A stretch of DNA of 64,000 nt from the human T2T-CHM13v2.0 reference genome, Homo sapiens: NCBI RefSeq assembly GCF_009914755.1, contig NC_060945.1. One strand, given 5' to 3'. Positions 12,134 through 24,739 of this stretch are shown here, in pieces; the stretch's first letter is position 1; each line of letters starts with the position of its first letter. The translations under genes and the position numbers were made by a program. The notes beneath the pieces are model-generated. The model did not search any database and was not told the DNA's origin. It saw only the letters and a program-made list of their open reading frames with translations.

Positions 12134-12320
12134 GCATGTGTGCATGCATGTGTGTGCGTGTGTGTGCACGCCTGTGTGTGCATGTGTGTGTGTGCACATG
12201 TGTGCATGTGGGCGCCTTTGCGTGCATGTGTGCATGTGTGTGCGTGTGTGTGCGGGCAGGCGTGCATGTGTGCGTGTGCGTGCGTGTGCGTGTGTGTGCG
12301 TGTGCGTGTGCGTGTGCATG
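12134..12320 (+). repeat. (TG/CG/CA)n alternating purine-pyrimidine tract
   Basis: Visible; uninterrupted alternation at 12260-12320. Confidence 0.92.
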
Positions 12321-13921
12321 GTTTCAGAGGCAAACCCAAGCATTCTCAACCAGCATGTAGGCATTTGCTTTTATGCACGCAGTCTATCAGAGTAGGGATG
12401 AAGCCCATCATTCCTAATTGTGGAACACTTTTGTCAGGAGATTTTATTGACTTTCCTCTCGGTGCCCTTTGAGAAAATTGTGTTTTTCTATTGTTTGTCC
12501 TGCTGGCAGGTGAAAGGTGTTTTCCTCCTGCGTGCTGCACAGCCTGAGTTTCTGAAGTCCCGAGCTCACGGACGGGAATTCCTGGTCCGGGCTGTATTTT
12601 GCCTGCTGGGGCCTCGTTTTGGAGTTGTCCTCTGCCCATGAGTGAACTGGCCCGTAACCTTCTGTTCCAATTTCATATTCTGGGGCAGCAGAGGGTTCCT
12701 CCTGGCTGGTATCCGGCCCTGGCTGAACAGAGGCCTGCCCTGCAGCTCAGGAGTCGTGTCTCTGACGCCTTGGGGTTGCAGGTTTTCAGCAGTGTCACTG
12801 AAGTTGCAGCCAGTAGGGACGGGGACGTGCTTGCCGGCCACCTCCCTGCCCCTGCCCTGCCCTTGGCAGGTGGTCCCCCAAGGCGGGACCCCACCCTGCC
12901 TGCCCTGCTGCTCCCCGGCCTGGTGCGCATAGAGGTCAGGACCCCTAACTTCTCCCCTCCCCACAGCTGCAAACCTTGCTGGGGGCTCAGAGCCAGGCAG
13001 CCCAGGCCTGAGGGAGGCCTGTCTGACAGCAAGGCTTCTGTGTCGCTTCTCAGGACCAGGTGTCCTGTCTGTCCTTGTCCCCACCTGGAACTTCCCCCTG
13101 GGTGGGGGTCCTGGGGTTCTTTGAGGCCGCTGCTGCCCACTACTACCTGCTACTCCCAGGGGTCCCAGCACTGGTCTGGCCCTCTTATGTCCTGATGCTC
13201 GGGCCACTGTCCTGCTCCTGACATTCCAGGATGAGCCCCATCCCTGTGTTCTCTGGGTTTGTGGGCCTCTGACAAGGTTGTTCCCTTGAGTTTCTCACTA
13301 GACAATCCCCTCCCATCCTACCATGGGGCCTGCTCCTGTCTCCTTGTCACTGTTTGATGAAACCCTGTTTGTGGGATTCCACACTCTGGCGGGTGAGCAT
13401 GCAGCTGAGGTCGGCCCCCTGGGAACAGTGCCACTGCAGCTGCAATGTGCACACGTGAGGCACCCCCCAGGCACACAGGAAGGCTGGAAACAAGCCCTGT
13501 GTCTCACTGAGGTGAGAGGTGCTTGGACACTCACCCGATGCCCTCCAGAGCCGCTGTGAGGTCAGAGAGGAGCTGATGCCGCCGTGGCAGACAGCGCGGG
13601 GCAGCTTCCAGAAGGTGGCCAGAAACACGCTGGGAGGAAAACTTCTCATCTGAAATGTTTTTATTATAAATGAGAGAATAGAAAATAGATGAACTAAACA
13701 TTCAATTTCAGACAGTAGAAAAGAAAACCACTATAAGCCCAGAGGCTGAGGAAGCAGACCGTTGTGCGAGGGGAGATGAAAGCCAGGCTTGGCTTGGCAG
13801 ACGGAAAACAGCCGCTGTGATAAACCCAAGGCCGAAAGCCGTCTCCGGGGAGCAGCTCGCATGGCACCTGGGTGACCTGACAGCTTTCTGACCTGAAGCC
13901 ACCATCCGGAATGTGATTCAT

Positions 13922-14062
13922 TCCCTCTCTGCCCGGAGGATCCGTCCCAGGAGGGTCAGGAGCAGCCCTGGGGCCGGATGACCACGGCGTCCCCTCTCTG
14001 CCCGGAGGATCCGTCCCAGGAGGGTCAGGAGCAGTCCTGGGGCCGGATGACCATGGCGTCCC
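13922..14062 (+). repeat. 68-bp tandem duplication (2 copies)
   Basis: TCCCTCTCTGCCCGGAGGATCC.. begins at 13922 and 13990; 2 mismatches. Confidence 0.9.
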
Positions 14063-15050
14063 CGGACCATTCTCTGGAGCTGGCAGCCTGGGGCAAGGCA
14101 CGTGGCCTCTCTGTGCAGCACCTGGCTCTTGTGTAACACGGATGGTGGCAGGCTCTGGGCAGAGGAGGGTGGAGAGGCCTAAGGTGCCCATGCTGGTCTG
14201 TACGTCGGACGGTGGGGCCGGCCTGCGCCCCGCAAGCAGGAGCTGAGCCCTGGGCCTGCAGATTCTGTGGTGTGTCGGTGCAGTGCTCAGCATCAGCCGT
14301 GACGGTCACACTGGCACTCGCTGTCTGTGTCACGCATTCGCATCCACTGTCAGCGCGTCACAGTGGCGTTCGCGGTGAGGATGGGGCGTTGCCGTTGGCC
14401 GGTGTCTCAGTGCACTGGCTGTCGGGCTGGTCCCCCTGGGTTCGCTGCTGGCGTGCTTGTTCTCCGAGCACTCGCCGTTCACGTCCTCTCCGTTCCACAC
14501 TGGCCTTTGCTATTTTCTCCACGCGGGTCTTATGGATGCTGTCCGAGCTGTGGAGCATCTGCCCTCCTGGCCCTCCTGCAGCTCGGGCTGTGCTCTGGAT
14601 GAGCGAGGGCAACGTTAGCTGAGCGTGGGGGGCCTTGAGGTCTCTGCTGCACTTTCCCGAAGGCTGAGGTCCCTGGGGACCACTGAGCCGCCCCATGGGC
14701 CCTCACAGCACTGCCGGTGCCAGAGGGCAGAACTCGGACCGACTCTTGCCTCATCTGCCCTCTGTTCCGAGGAGAACCCTTCCGGACTGGGCCACAGGGA
14801 GTCCAGCCGAGGTTCGGAGGGTGGTCAGGGGTCCGGCTGCCCCAAGGGGGTGCTTCTCAGAGCTTTGGGAAGACACCGGAGCCCAAGGGTCTGGATGGCC
14901 GTGGCTGAGCTGGGTCTGAGAGGCCAAGACCAGGAGGGCGTCACATGCACTCGTGTCAGGGCCAGCTGGGATGGGAGACTGAGGCCAGGGCGGGTGTCCG
15001 GGTGCCCCCCACAGCTGTGCTGGGGCAAGTCTGGGGACACCACCTCCTCA

Positions 15051-15432
15051 GCCCTGTCCAGGAGTGTGGACCCCAGGCATCAACTGTCCAGGGGCCTGTC
15101 CAGGAGTGTGGACCCCAGGCATCAACTGTCCGGGGGCCTGTCCAGGAGTGTGAACCCCAGGCATCAACTGTCCAGAGCCCTGTCCAGGAGTGTGGACCCC
15201 AGGCATCAACTGTCCGGGGGCCTGTCCAGGAGTGTGAACCCCAGGCATCAACTGTCCAGAGCCCTGTCCAGGAGTGTGGACCCCAGGCATCAACTGTCCG
15301 GAGCCCTGTCGAGGAGTGTGGACCCCAGGCATCAACTGTCCAGAGCCCTGTCCAGGAGTGTGGACCCCAGGCATCAACTGTCCAGAGCCCTGTCCAGGAG
15401 TGTGGACCCCAGGCATCAACTGTCCAGGGGCC
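15051..15432 (+). repeat. 42-bp VNTR, about 9 copies
   Basis: Unit GCCCTGTCCAGGAGTGTGGACCCCAGGCATCAACTGTCCAGA. Confidence 0.97.
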
Positions 15433-16439
15433 TGGGGCATCCATGGGCCACACGGCAGCGCTGAAAACACAGGGCCCTTGCACCCAGGGCAGACCTCAGC
15501 ACAGTTGGAGACATCACTCCTGCCCTCCTTGCGCTCGGCCCGAGAGCTAGAGCTTGCTCAGCTCAGCCCCAGGAGGAAGCAGAACCGCAGCCTCCAGAAC
15601 ATTGGGGTGACCCCGTCGCTGAGGGTCCCCTGGCCCAAGGCCAGCGTGTGTCTTCCGGGGGAGGAATGACCTCCGGAGCCGCCATCCCCAGCCTCGGCAG
15701 CAGGGGCTCCAGGGTCCGGGAGCCAAAACTCAGCAGCTGCTGGGTGTGCAGGGAAAGTTGTTTAGATAAAATCCAAACAAGCACCTCATATATTACAGGA
15801 GGCTGTAAAACAAACTTAGCCTTGTGCTAATATTTTGGTTTGGTTTCCACTATCCACACCTAGAAGAATGTGCGCGCCATCCCAGCCCGGCGGTCAGTAA
15901 CATTCCAGGAGCTTTGGGGAGCATCTCCATTGCCAGTCAAGAGCCAGGCGCCACGCACCCCAGTCCGGAGGGACCGCTCAGCCTCGGGCTAAAAAAGGGA
16001 GAGAGCGCAAGCAGACAGCGTCCACAGCCGCGTCTCCAGGCCACAGCGGGCACCTGCAGGGCAGCTGGGAATGGGAAGGGCAGAGGCGGCCAGAAGCTCG
16101 TGCCCTCACTGATGCCGGCCCTGGCAGTTCTTTCCAAAAATCTTCCCACTCAGCTCCCCGAGTCCCACGGATCAGGCGCCCTTAGCCTGCTGTGCAGGGG
16201 GTGGGGAAGACTGAGGCACAGAAGGCCGGGCCCCCCAGGCACCAAGCACGGCCCATGACCCAGAGCCATGGAGTCACCCAGGCCGCACAGCTGGTGAGAG
16301 CAGCCCCAGATGAGGCGGAGCCACTGGGTTCAAGGCCAGAGTTCCTGCTGCACCCCCGACCCCTGGTCCCGCCATGGAAGGTGCCAGGAGTCATGTTCCC
16401 TGGGCTCCTCTTCCCCCAAAAGCCCCTCCTCATGTATGC

Positions 16440-16480
16440 ATGAGTGTGTGTGTGTGTGTGTGTGAGAGTGTGTGTGTGCA
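16440..16480 (+). repeat. (TG)n microsatellite
   Basis: Visible. Confidence 0.85.
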
Positions 16481-16602
16481 CGTTTCCCTGCCTGAGCACT
16501 GAGCACACCTCCGCACAGGCAACTGCTGCCACCACCTCATGGTCTCCCAGTAGCCACTATGAGGAGGGCAGAGGCCACCGCCTCTAGCCCAGCAGGACGA
16601 GG

Positions 16603-16765
16603 GCCTCGTGACCCGTGGGGGGAGCAGAGCAGGGTCTGTGTGCCTCGTGACCCCTGGGGGGTGGGCAGAGCAGGGTCTGTGTGCCTCGTGACCCCTGGGG
16701 GGTGGGCAGAGCAGGGTCTGTGTGCTTCGTGACCCCTGGGGGGTGGGCAGAGCAGGGTCTGTGTG
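16603..16765 (+). repeat. 41-bp minisatellite, about 4 copies
   Basis: Unit GCCTCGTGACCCCTGGGGGGTGGGCAGAGCAGGGTCTGTGT. Confidence 0.93.
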
Positions 16766-17819
16766 CAGGGTTCCTTGCCAGGCACGTGGCCAGCACTGCA
16801 GGAGCTGGCATTGTGGTGGCTCGGACGCCCTGACCCCGTGTTGATGTTTTTGGTGCAGCCCTGCCCGCGTGGCCTTAGGGTGACCCATGTGACCACAGCC
16901 CATGGCGGGCACAGCACAAGGGAGGCCACTTCCAGGCCTAGGGGGTTAGACTGTGGCTTCTGGCACCTGGAGGAGACTTGGCAGCCTGGGGGTGCCACAT
17001 GGTCAGGGGCTGAGGCCTCCCCACAGCCCCGTGAGCCCCGTCCTGGACAAGGGGCTGCCCGTGGCTGCCACCTGAGCCACAGCCACCAGCCATGCTGCCC
17101 CTGAAACGGGGGAGCTAACACGTGGAGGCATTTTTAAGCTGCTACGTTTTGGGGTATTTGCTACACGGCTATAGATGTCTGATACGCTGTGGGGTATGCC
17201 CTGAATGTGGGGTCTGGTTGGCCCTAGGCTAGCATCAAGCTTTGGGCAGCCAGGGCCCCAAAGCCCCCACTCCTGCCCACTGTGGCCACGCGCCTGCAGG
17301 ACCAGTCCCGCCGCTGTGTGGGCCTCGCCTCTGGACACAGGCCCCAGGACCCCCGAACTGAGGCTGGCCTGGCTCCACGTCCTCCCGCCCACTCCCGTTC
17401 AGCGCTGCCAGGCACCGTACCCTCTGCTGCCCACCAGGACCCGGCTCCTGGCAGGCCTGAGCCTCCTCCCCATCTCCCTTCACCCTCCCTGAGCACCCCC
17501 CGGGCCCATGGGCCCAGCCTGCTGAGGGTGACTTCTTCACACCCAGGCTCTTGGCCCAGCCTCCTCACCCCTGTCCCTGGGACTTCCTCCTGGCCACACC
17601 ATCCTTCCAGCAGTGCTCCCAACACACATGGCCATCCCTGGGGAGTCTTCCAGGCAGCCCTACCCACCATCTCCACCCACCTCCTTCCCACCTGCTCACC
17701 ACGAGGTCCTGTTCCCAGCATACGGCCCTGCTGCTGGCTGGGGAGGAGATCTGACCCCTCCTGGGCCACTGTCAGCATCCCCGGGACACAGTGCTGCCGG
17801 CCTCCCTTTGGAGTCCAAC

Positions 17820-18095
17820 CCTGTCCTGTCCCCACCTGCCCCGTCCCCCACCTGCCCCATCCCCACCTGCCCCATCCCCCTGCCTGCCCCATCCCCTCAC
17901 CTGCCCCATCCCCCACCTGCCCCATCCCCCACCTGCCCCATCCCCCCCACCTGCCCCATCCCCCACCTGCCCCATCCCCCCACCTACCCCATCACCTGTC
18001 CTGTCCACCACCTGTCCTGTCCTCCACCTGTCCACCACCTGTCCTGTCCTCACCTGCCCCATCCCAACCTACCCTGTCCCCACCTGCCCCGTCCT
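17820..18095 (+). repeat. C-rich degenerate repeat, about 16-bp unit CCCCACCTGCCCCATC
   Basis: Visible repeated units. Confidence 0.9.
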
Positions 18096-18675
18096 CCTAC
18101 CTGTGCTGGTTCTGGTGAGCCTGTCAGGTGACACACCCTGGCTGTCTCCTCCATGGGGCACCCAGTGAAGCCGAGGGAGGACCCTGGGGCTGGGACTCAG
18201 TTTCCCCTCCTAGGGGCCACGAACTGGTCTGGATGCCACAGGCTGCTGAGGGAGGACAGGTCGAGGGCACCATCGAGGGTGAGTCTTGGTCGGCTGGCAG
18301 AGGGCTGGCCCAGGGAGCCCCGTCCCTCCCTGAGGGCCCCGCCTGCTCAGTACTGTGGCCTGTGGCCCGGGTTTGGCCTGTCCATCAGATCCAGCCCTTC
18401 GGCACCGGTGTCCCCAGGGCCCTGGGCTGTGAGGGGGTGTGGAGGGGAAGGAAGGACATCTGGGGGCGGCTGTCACACATGGGAGCATCGCTGACGGAGA
18501 AGTTTTCCTATAAATGCAGCTGTGTTCATGGATGTTCCAAATGGAACTGCCAGCTGGCTTTTGGTTTATGAGACTTTATTAAAGATTACATTTCTGTTTA
18601 GTTATTTATTAGGTGTTTAGCCAATATTTCTAAATAGAGGACATGATGCTGAGACTGGGGCTACATGGCCATGGT

Positions 18676-18771
18676 TGTGTGAGTGTGCGTGTGTGTGTGT
18701 TGTGTGTGTGTGTGTGTGTGCACGTATAAGTGCATGTGTGAGCATGTGTGCATGCGTGAGCGTGTCTGCAT
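18676..18771 (+). repeat. (TG)n-rich microsatellite
   Basis: Visible. Confidence 0.85.
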
Positions 18772-19888
18772 GAAACAGAGCTTTCTTGTTCTTGAACTTC
18801 TGGGGCCCGAGGCGTCCGAATGCTCGAGGAACGATGATCTGCAAAGCAGGATTCCGCAGCAAGTTGGTGCCCGCGGAAGCTGAGCATCAATTTGCTCTTA
18901 GGGAATTTTCCATGTTCTTCCATCTCCCCGTTTAGGTGCCAGGTCCCGGCCTGCAGGGTGGGGCTATCGGGCCTCTGCCACCTGCTTCGTGGTGAGACTC
19001 CTGGGCGCCCACAGCCTCCGCCTGGCAGGCCAGCCCAACAGAGCCTGTTTCATCAGATGGTGTTTCCAGGAGCCAAATAACAAACACACTTTCTGGAAAC
19101 AGCCAGGAGGAGCAGCCGTCTCCCAAGAGGGGAAGGAAAACAAGAGGCCGCTGCGGCTCCACTCCCCATGACCGCCTGGACCTGCAGCAGGCTGGTGCAA
19201 AGGCCCTGGAGCAGTGGCCACTGCTGTCTGCACACCAGGGCCCAGCCCATGGCCAGACCTGGGGCCGGTGGGTGTGGACTGGAGCCTGGGGCTCTGCCAG
19301 CCCCTCCTCTGGTGCCAGGCTGGTCTCCCGAGGCCCAGAGGAGGTAAAAACAGAGTCTTTAATGACACCAGGAGCCATTGGCCTTCAACCACTGCCTCCA
19401 CAGTCTGGGCACCCCAGCCAGCAGCTTGAGGGCCTGGCCCAGGCAGAGGCTGGGGCAATGTGGGATGCTGTGAGGGCTGCAGGCTCTGGTGGGGGCGAAG
19501 CTGCCACCTGCTCAGAGGCCATGGCCTCCGCCTCGGGCACCTGCTCCCAGAACCGCCGGCTGCAGGGGAACCTGCCTCCATCACCCCTCAAGCCCGGGCC
19601 CTGATGCAGGGTGAGGGGGGAAGCCTCCCAGAGGAAGATGCAGGCTTGCAGGCAGCTGGAGGTCGTGGCCTGAGCTCTGCTGAGACTCGCGTACGACATT
19701 GTGTAGAAAATCTGCTTTTTAAACTCAGCCTGCTGCAGAGATGAAAGGAGGCTCTGTGCCTGCGGCGCTTTGCCGCCCATTGGAGTTGGGTGTTGGCTTT
19801 GCATGGGACCAGTGATTCTGGCAAGCTTGGCCTGTCGGCCGGGTCTGCAGCCCTTGCCGGCTAGGGCAAGGTGTGGAACGGGAGCCAA

Positions 19889-19982
19889 AGACAGGGTCCC
19901 AGCCCACCCCCTACAGGGGACCCATGTTGGGAAAGACAGGGTCCCACCCACCCCCCACAGGGGACCCATGTTGGGAAAGACA
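19889..19982 (+). repeat. About 45-bp tandem duplication
   Basis: ACAGGGGACCCATGTTGGGAAAGACA occurs twice in tandem. Confidence 0.85.
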
Positions 19983-21124
19983 CGCGGGGGCTCGGGACGG
20001 GTTCTGCAAAACTTGCGGGGGCGGCCACATGGGGTTCCCAGTATGTGTGACCTGGGGATGCAGCGGCAAGGCAGCTGGCACCATGGGCAGGTAGGTGCAG
20101 AGCCAGTGAGGTGCCCAGCAGCAGCCCCGCCTGAGCCTCCAGGCCCACCTGCCTCCTTTCTCAGCCTCAGTGGGGAAGGAGGAGACTTTCAGGCCCCTAG
20201 AGTCTGACCAAGGCCCCAGCTCCAGTGCAGGACCCGTTGGCCAAGATGCAGGGGAGAGAAAGGGCCCCCCTCTGAGGTCCTCGGGAGGCTGGGGAGGACC
20301 TCTGGGGGCCGCTCAGTGGTGAGGTCTGTTCCGCCTGCCCCTGCCTGCCCCCCTCACTGAACAAGGGCATCCAAGGGCACATCAAAAAGATCCCAGAGTG
20401 GCTCTGGGTGGAAGCAAGAAACAGACCCCAAGAGGGGGCTTCACTGCCTCCGCTGGCCTGCTCCAGAAGCCGCTGGCCGTGGGTCTGAGTGCCCGTGGGC
20501 AGGCTGGCGGCTGCTGGCCTCTCAACCTCCAGCCACCAGACGGCAGTTGACACAGCCTCCTCCAGGTCCCTGGGCTCCTTTCAGCTCTGTAACCTGGGAA
20601 AGAGCTCACAGGGCACGAGCTCAGCCCTGTCGCCTCCAGGAGTCTCACCCTGTATTGTTTGTCTGCATCTTCAGCTTTGCGGGTGCCCTGAGGATGAGGT
20701 GCTGCTGCTGGGTGTTTTTTAAAGTGCCTTGGAGAAGGCGGAGTAGCTGGTGCCAGGCCAGGCATCTCCAGCCCTGAGCGGGAGGATCCCTTCCAGCCAT
20801 GGTCCAGGAGCCCGGGGCTGGGGCTGGTCTGGGGGCTCTGGGGCCATCTGCACCCTGGGGACTGCTCTGGAGGATGCCCTGGTCCCCTGTTCCCTGTGGC
20901 AGGAGGAAGGGGCTGTGGGGTGAGCCTCCAGCCCTCCCTGGGTGAGCAGATGACCCCATGTGGGAGAGGCCAGGCCCTGGTGTTTGCACGGCCTGGTCAA
21001 GGCCACCCTGGCTGGGAAGGTGCAGGTGCATCTGGAGGCTGTCATGAGACTCCCTGCCCAGGACTGGACACAGGCTAGACATGCTGCCCTCGCAGACACA
21101 GCTCCCTGGGAGCCTCATGCCGCT

Positions 21125-21468
21125 GGGAGGAAGATGGGGTGGGTGCCATGGGAGGAAGATGGGATGGGTGCCATGGAAGATGGGGTATCCTGGGAGGATA
21201 GTGGGTGCCCCTGGAGGAAGGCGGGTGCCCCCAGAGGAAGGTGGGTGCCCCAGGAGGAAAGTAGGTGCCTGGGAAGAAGGTGGGTGCCCTGAGAGGAAGG
21301 CACCTGGGTATCCCTGGAGGAAAGCGGGTCCCCGTGGAGGAAGGTGGGCACGCTGGGGAGGAAGGTGGGTACCCCGGGGAGGAAGGTGGGTACCCCGGGA
21401 ACTGTGGTGCTCCGGGAGGAGGGTGAGTGCCCCGGGAACTGTGGTGCTCCGGGAGGAGGGTGGGTGCC
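21125..21468 (+). repeat. Degenerate G-rich repeat, about 20-bp unit GGAGGAAGGTGGGTGCCCC
   Basis: Visible repeated motif. Confidence 0.82.
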
Positions 21469-22528
21469 AAGGGTCAGAGTTGCTCAGAGCTGTGATTTGC
21501 TCAGCCCTGAGCAGCTGGGAACGGGGGTGCTCGGCCCAATGCCAGCTCTGTTCCTGCCCTCTGAGATGGGGCCCTGAGTCCTGTTTCTGCTGCTGGGCTG
21601 AGCAGGGTGGCAGGGCGGGGGCCAGGCTGAGGCCTCAAGGCCACCTCCACAGCAGGCGGGAGGGAGCCACTGTCCTGATGCCCCTGCAGCTCTGGGAGCT
21701 GGGCCCCGGGCTGCTTCCTCCTCCCCCGGCGATGGGGGTCGCTCACACGAGCCCTGCAGGGGAACAGCCGACGGGGCCGAGTGGCAGCAGCTGTGTGTGG
21801 GCCCCTGCATCTCCCTCAGTGGTGGGCTCGGTCTGAGGCAGCACACACAGCTGTGCGGGGCAGGCCCTGGGCCCATCTCACGGCCAGGAGGAGGAGCACA
21901 GGCTGAAGTTGCCCCCTGGGAGGTGGCACCGGACTGCAGCCTCCACAGTGGCCAGGGGTGCCGGGGGAGGCCCGGGCCTGTGGCAGACGATGCCACGTGG
22001 CTGCTCAGGTCCCACAGCCCTGCTGGTTCAGACGCCAGCGCCGTGTGGACTCTGAAGCCTCGCTGGCCTGGCTCTCCCTCCACCCCACCCAGGGCCACGA
22101 GTGCTGTGCCGTAGAGGCGTCCCTTGGGCAGTGGTGGTGGCAGTGGAGACAGCCTGGCCTCCTCCTGCACGCCCTCGCCATCCCTGCTGTGTGGAGCTGT
22201 CCCCGCACCGGGCCGCGGGCTGGCAGCAGGGACAGTAGCCAGAGTCTGGCCTGCCCCCTCTGGACCTCCTGCGCCCCAGTCCCCATCTTCTGAGGGTGGG
22301 AGGGGTCCCCTGGCCTGGGCCCCATCAGACACCTTCCAGCCTCCCTGGGACGGGGAGAGACAGGTGCACGAGGAGTGGGGCTCAGCCGGGCTGAGCTCAA
22401 CCTCTGACCCTGCAGGGAGTGGTTTGGGGACCCCCCTGGCCTCAGTTTCCCTCATCTGAAACAGGAACCTGGACATGTCCTTGGAGCCTCTGCCCATGCC
22501 ACAGTCCTTGACCCACCCTCCAGAAGGT

Positions 22529-22655
22529 TTGGCAGGGAGCCTGGCAGGATGGTGCCCTGTCCCCTCACCTTGGCAGGGAGCCTGGCGGGATGGTGCCCTG
22601 TCCCCTCACCTTGGCAGGGAGCCTGGCGGGATGGTGCCCTGTCCCCTCACCTTGG
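22529..22655 (+). repeat. 41-bp minisatellite, 3 copies
   Basis: Unit TTGGCAGGGAGCCTGGCGGGATGGTGCCCTGTCCCCTCACC. Confidence 0.95.
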
Positions 22656-24739
22656 GCTGGGAGCTTCGCAGGGGGAGCAGCTTCTGTGCTTCGTGCTAGG
22701 AGCCTCTTGGGGAAGGCACTGTGTGCCACCCTGCCTCTCCGGGGAGAACAGGGCTGGTAACACGGGCCTGGCTCCCTGAAGACGGTTGGGGAGGCATGGC
22801 CAGAGCTGCTTCCCAGGCCAGTTCTGCCTACCTCTCGCCCGAGACAAGCCCTGTGCAGAGCAGCGGCTCACCAGACAGCGGCCCAGGGGGCCCTTCCGTT
22901 CTCAGAAAAGGGGAATAGGAACCCTTCACTCTTGTCTGTCCCTGCCAGCCAGGGTTCCAGGGCTCTGGGGCTCTGTGCAGGGTTGGGGCTCGCATCTGTG
23001 TGGATCCCGGGAACCTGACAAAAGGCCAGGCTGTGCGGCACCATCTTGGCCGTGGGGCCAGTCCTGGGCGTGACCAGTGCCCGGGACCCCCGACCGGGCA
23101 GTACGGCGGCTCTGCGCAAACGTCCCCCCTGCAGGGTCAAGCAGAACTGTGGTCGCTGCCAGGCTGCCTGGCACCTCAGCACCTCGGCCCTCACTGCCCA
23201 CAGGAATCTGTCAGGAGCCCCACCCCGGCCATGAGCTCGGGGGGCTGGCGCCCCTGGGCTGGGCATGGCGCCGGGCAGAGGCTCATGGATCTGTTGAGTG
23301 GATGGACAGACACAGCCCACAGGTGAGCGATGGCCTTGCCAGTGTGGACCTGTGTTCCTGCAAGGCTGCTTTAAATTGCTTTTGATAAATTGATTTCCCA
23401 CTGACTTGTTATATTTTCAGAAACATTTCCTCTGTTTTCACTCATGACTGAGCTTTCCGTCGGCCGTGGCCCCCACGTGTAGCAGGCACCTGCAGGCTGC
23501 CCATCTTCACCACATGTGCTCCCCACCTAAGCAATGCAGAGAGGCCGCTGTGGGGGTCGTCCCTACTCAAGGAAAAGGACTGGGCTGGAGGCTGGAGCCC
23601 TGAGTTAGAGCTCCACGTTGGCCGTGGCTGTGCGGTCTCCTCTTGGGTAGGGTGTTGGCCACTTCTCAGGGCACCCGGCTGGAGCCTCATTCACTGTGAA
23701 GTGACTGCAGATGTCTGAGGAAGAGGCACCTGCTCCTTCAGGTCCCTCTGCTCACCAGGTACTGGGCACCTCTCCGGAGCTGGAGCTCTCAGTCAGCAGA
23801 CACTTGGCGGCCAGGGACGGTCAGGCCTCAGAGCAGAGCTGGAAAACAGAGGGCATCAGACAAACATCACGTGGCTCTGCAGGACCCGGGGCAGGGGCCT
23901 CCAGGATGGAGAGGCTGGGCTGTGTTGGTGGCAGGTGGCCGGGAGGATGCCCCGGGGACCTCACAGCTGTTGTTGCACCCCTAAAACTCCCTCTGCCCAG
24001 AGTCCTTAGGGAGTCCGTGCTGCGCAGGTGCTGGGGCCGCTGTGCGGTGCTGTCCGAGTCACTGTGTGGAGCTTAGCTCAGCGCTTTGCTTTGAGATCAG
24101 CCAGGCAGGAATATTTACACCACAGTAACTGGCAAACACTGCACATGGGCAGCCGGGTGTCAGATGGGCACCCTGGCGCTGGAGATTTCACTGGCCAGAC
24201 CCCCACCCCCAATTCCACAGGAAACCCAAGAGGGACGGTGCTCACCGTCCTCCCCTGGTGGGCTCTCAGTCCATTCCTGGGTCACAGCGGCGCCCCACGC
24301 AGGCTGCCCCACAGGGACTCCACCCTGGGCGCCATGCTGGCATCTCTCCCCCAAGTTCCTGTGTCATGGGCATTAACACAGTGAGGACAACACCTCCAGG
24401 CACCCATGCTGGGCGTGGAGCATGGATGGGAAGGCCACAAGTCCTGAGGGCCGCTTGTTACGTGGCCTGGCCCCACCCATCCCCACCTCCGTGGTCAGGG
24501 AGTTGCTGGCTGCTGCCGTAGAGGACGAGTGATTGCAGGCACCTGTGCGTCTCACGTGTGATGCCTTCTTACCAAACTCGCAAAACCTGCAGAGCCTCGG
24601 GTTCCCAGCAAGCTGCCTCTGCCCGCCAAGGAAGAGCATTCTGGAAACTGCCGCTGAGGCTGCTGCGCTTCCTCGCCCACACTCAGCACTTCCAGCGTGA
24701 CCACCCCTTTGTCCGGGCGGACCCTCCAGTCAGAGGAGC

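Noticed and set aside
14625-15669. Repetitive ORFs over the 42-bp array (the same applies to the 36-bp array at 52.1-53.2 kb)
   Set aside because: VNTR translations with no splice or domain support
23401-23420. Good-looking splice acceptors (CTGAC..TTTTCAG at 23420; also about 415, 6430 and 9437)
   Set aside because: No consistent donor pairing or reading frame; such motifs are frequent by chance and need RNA evidence
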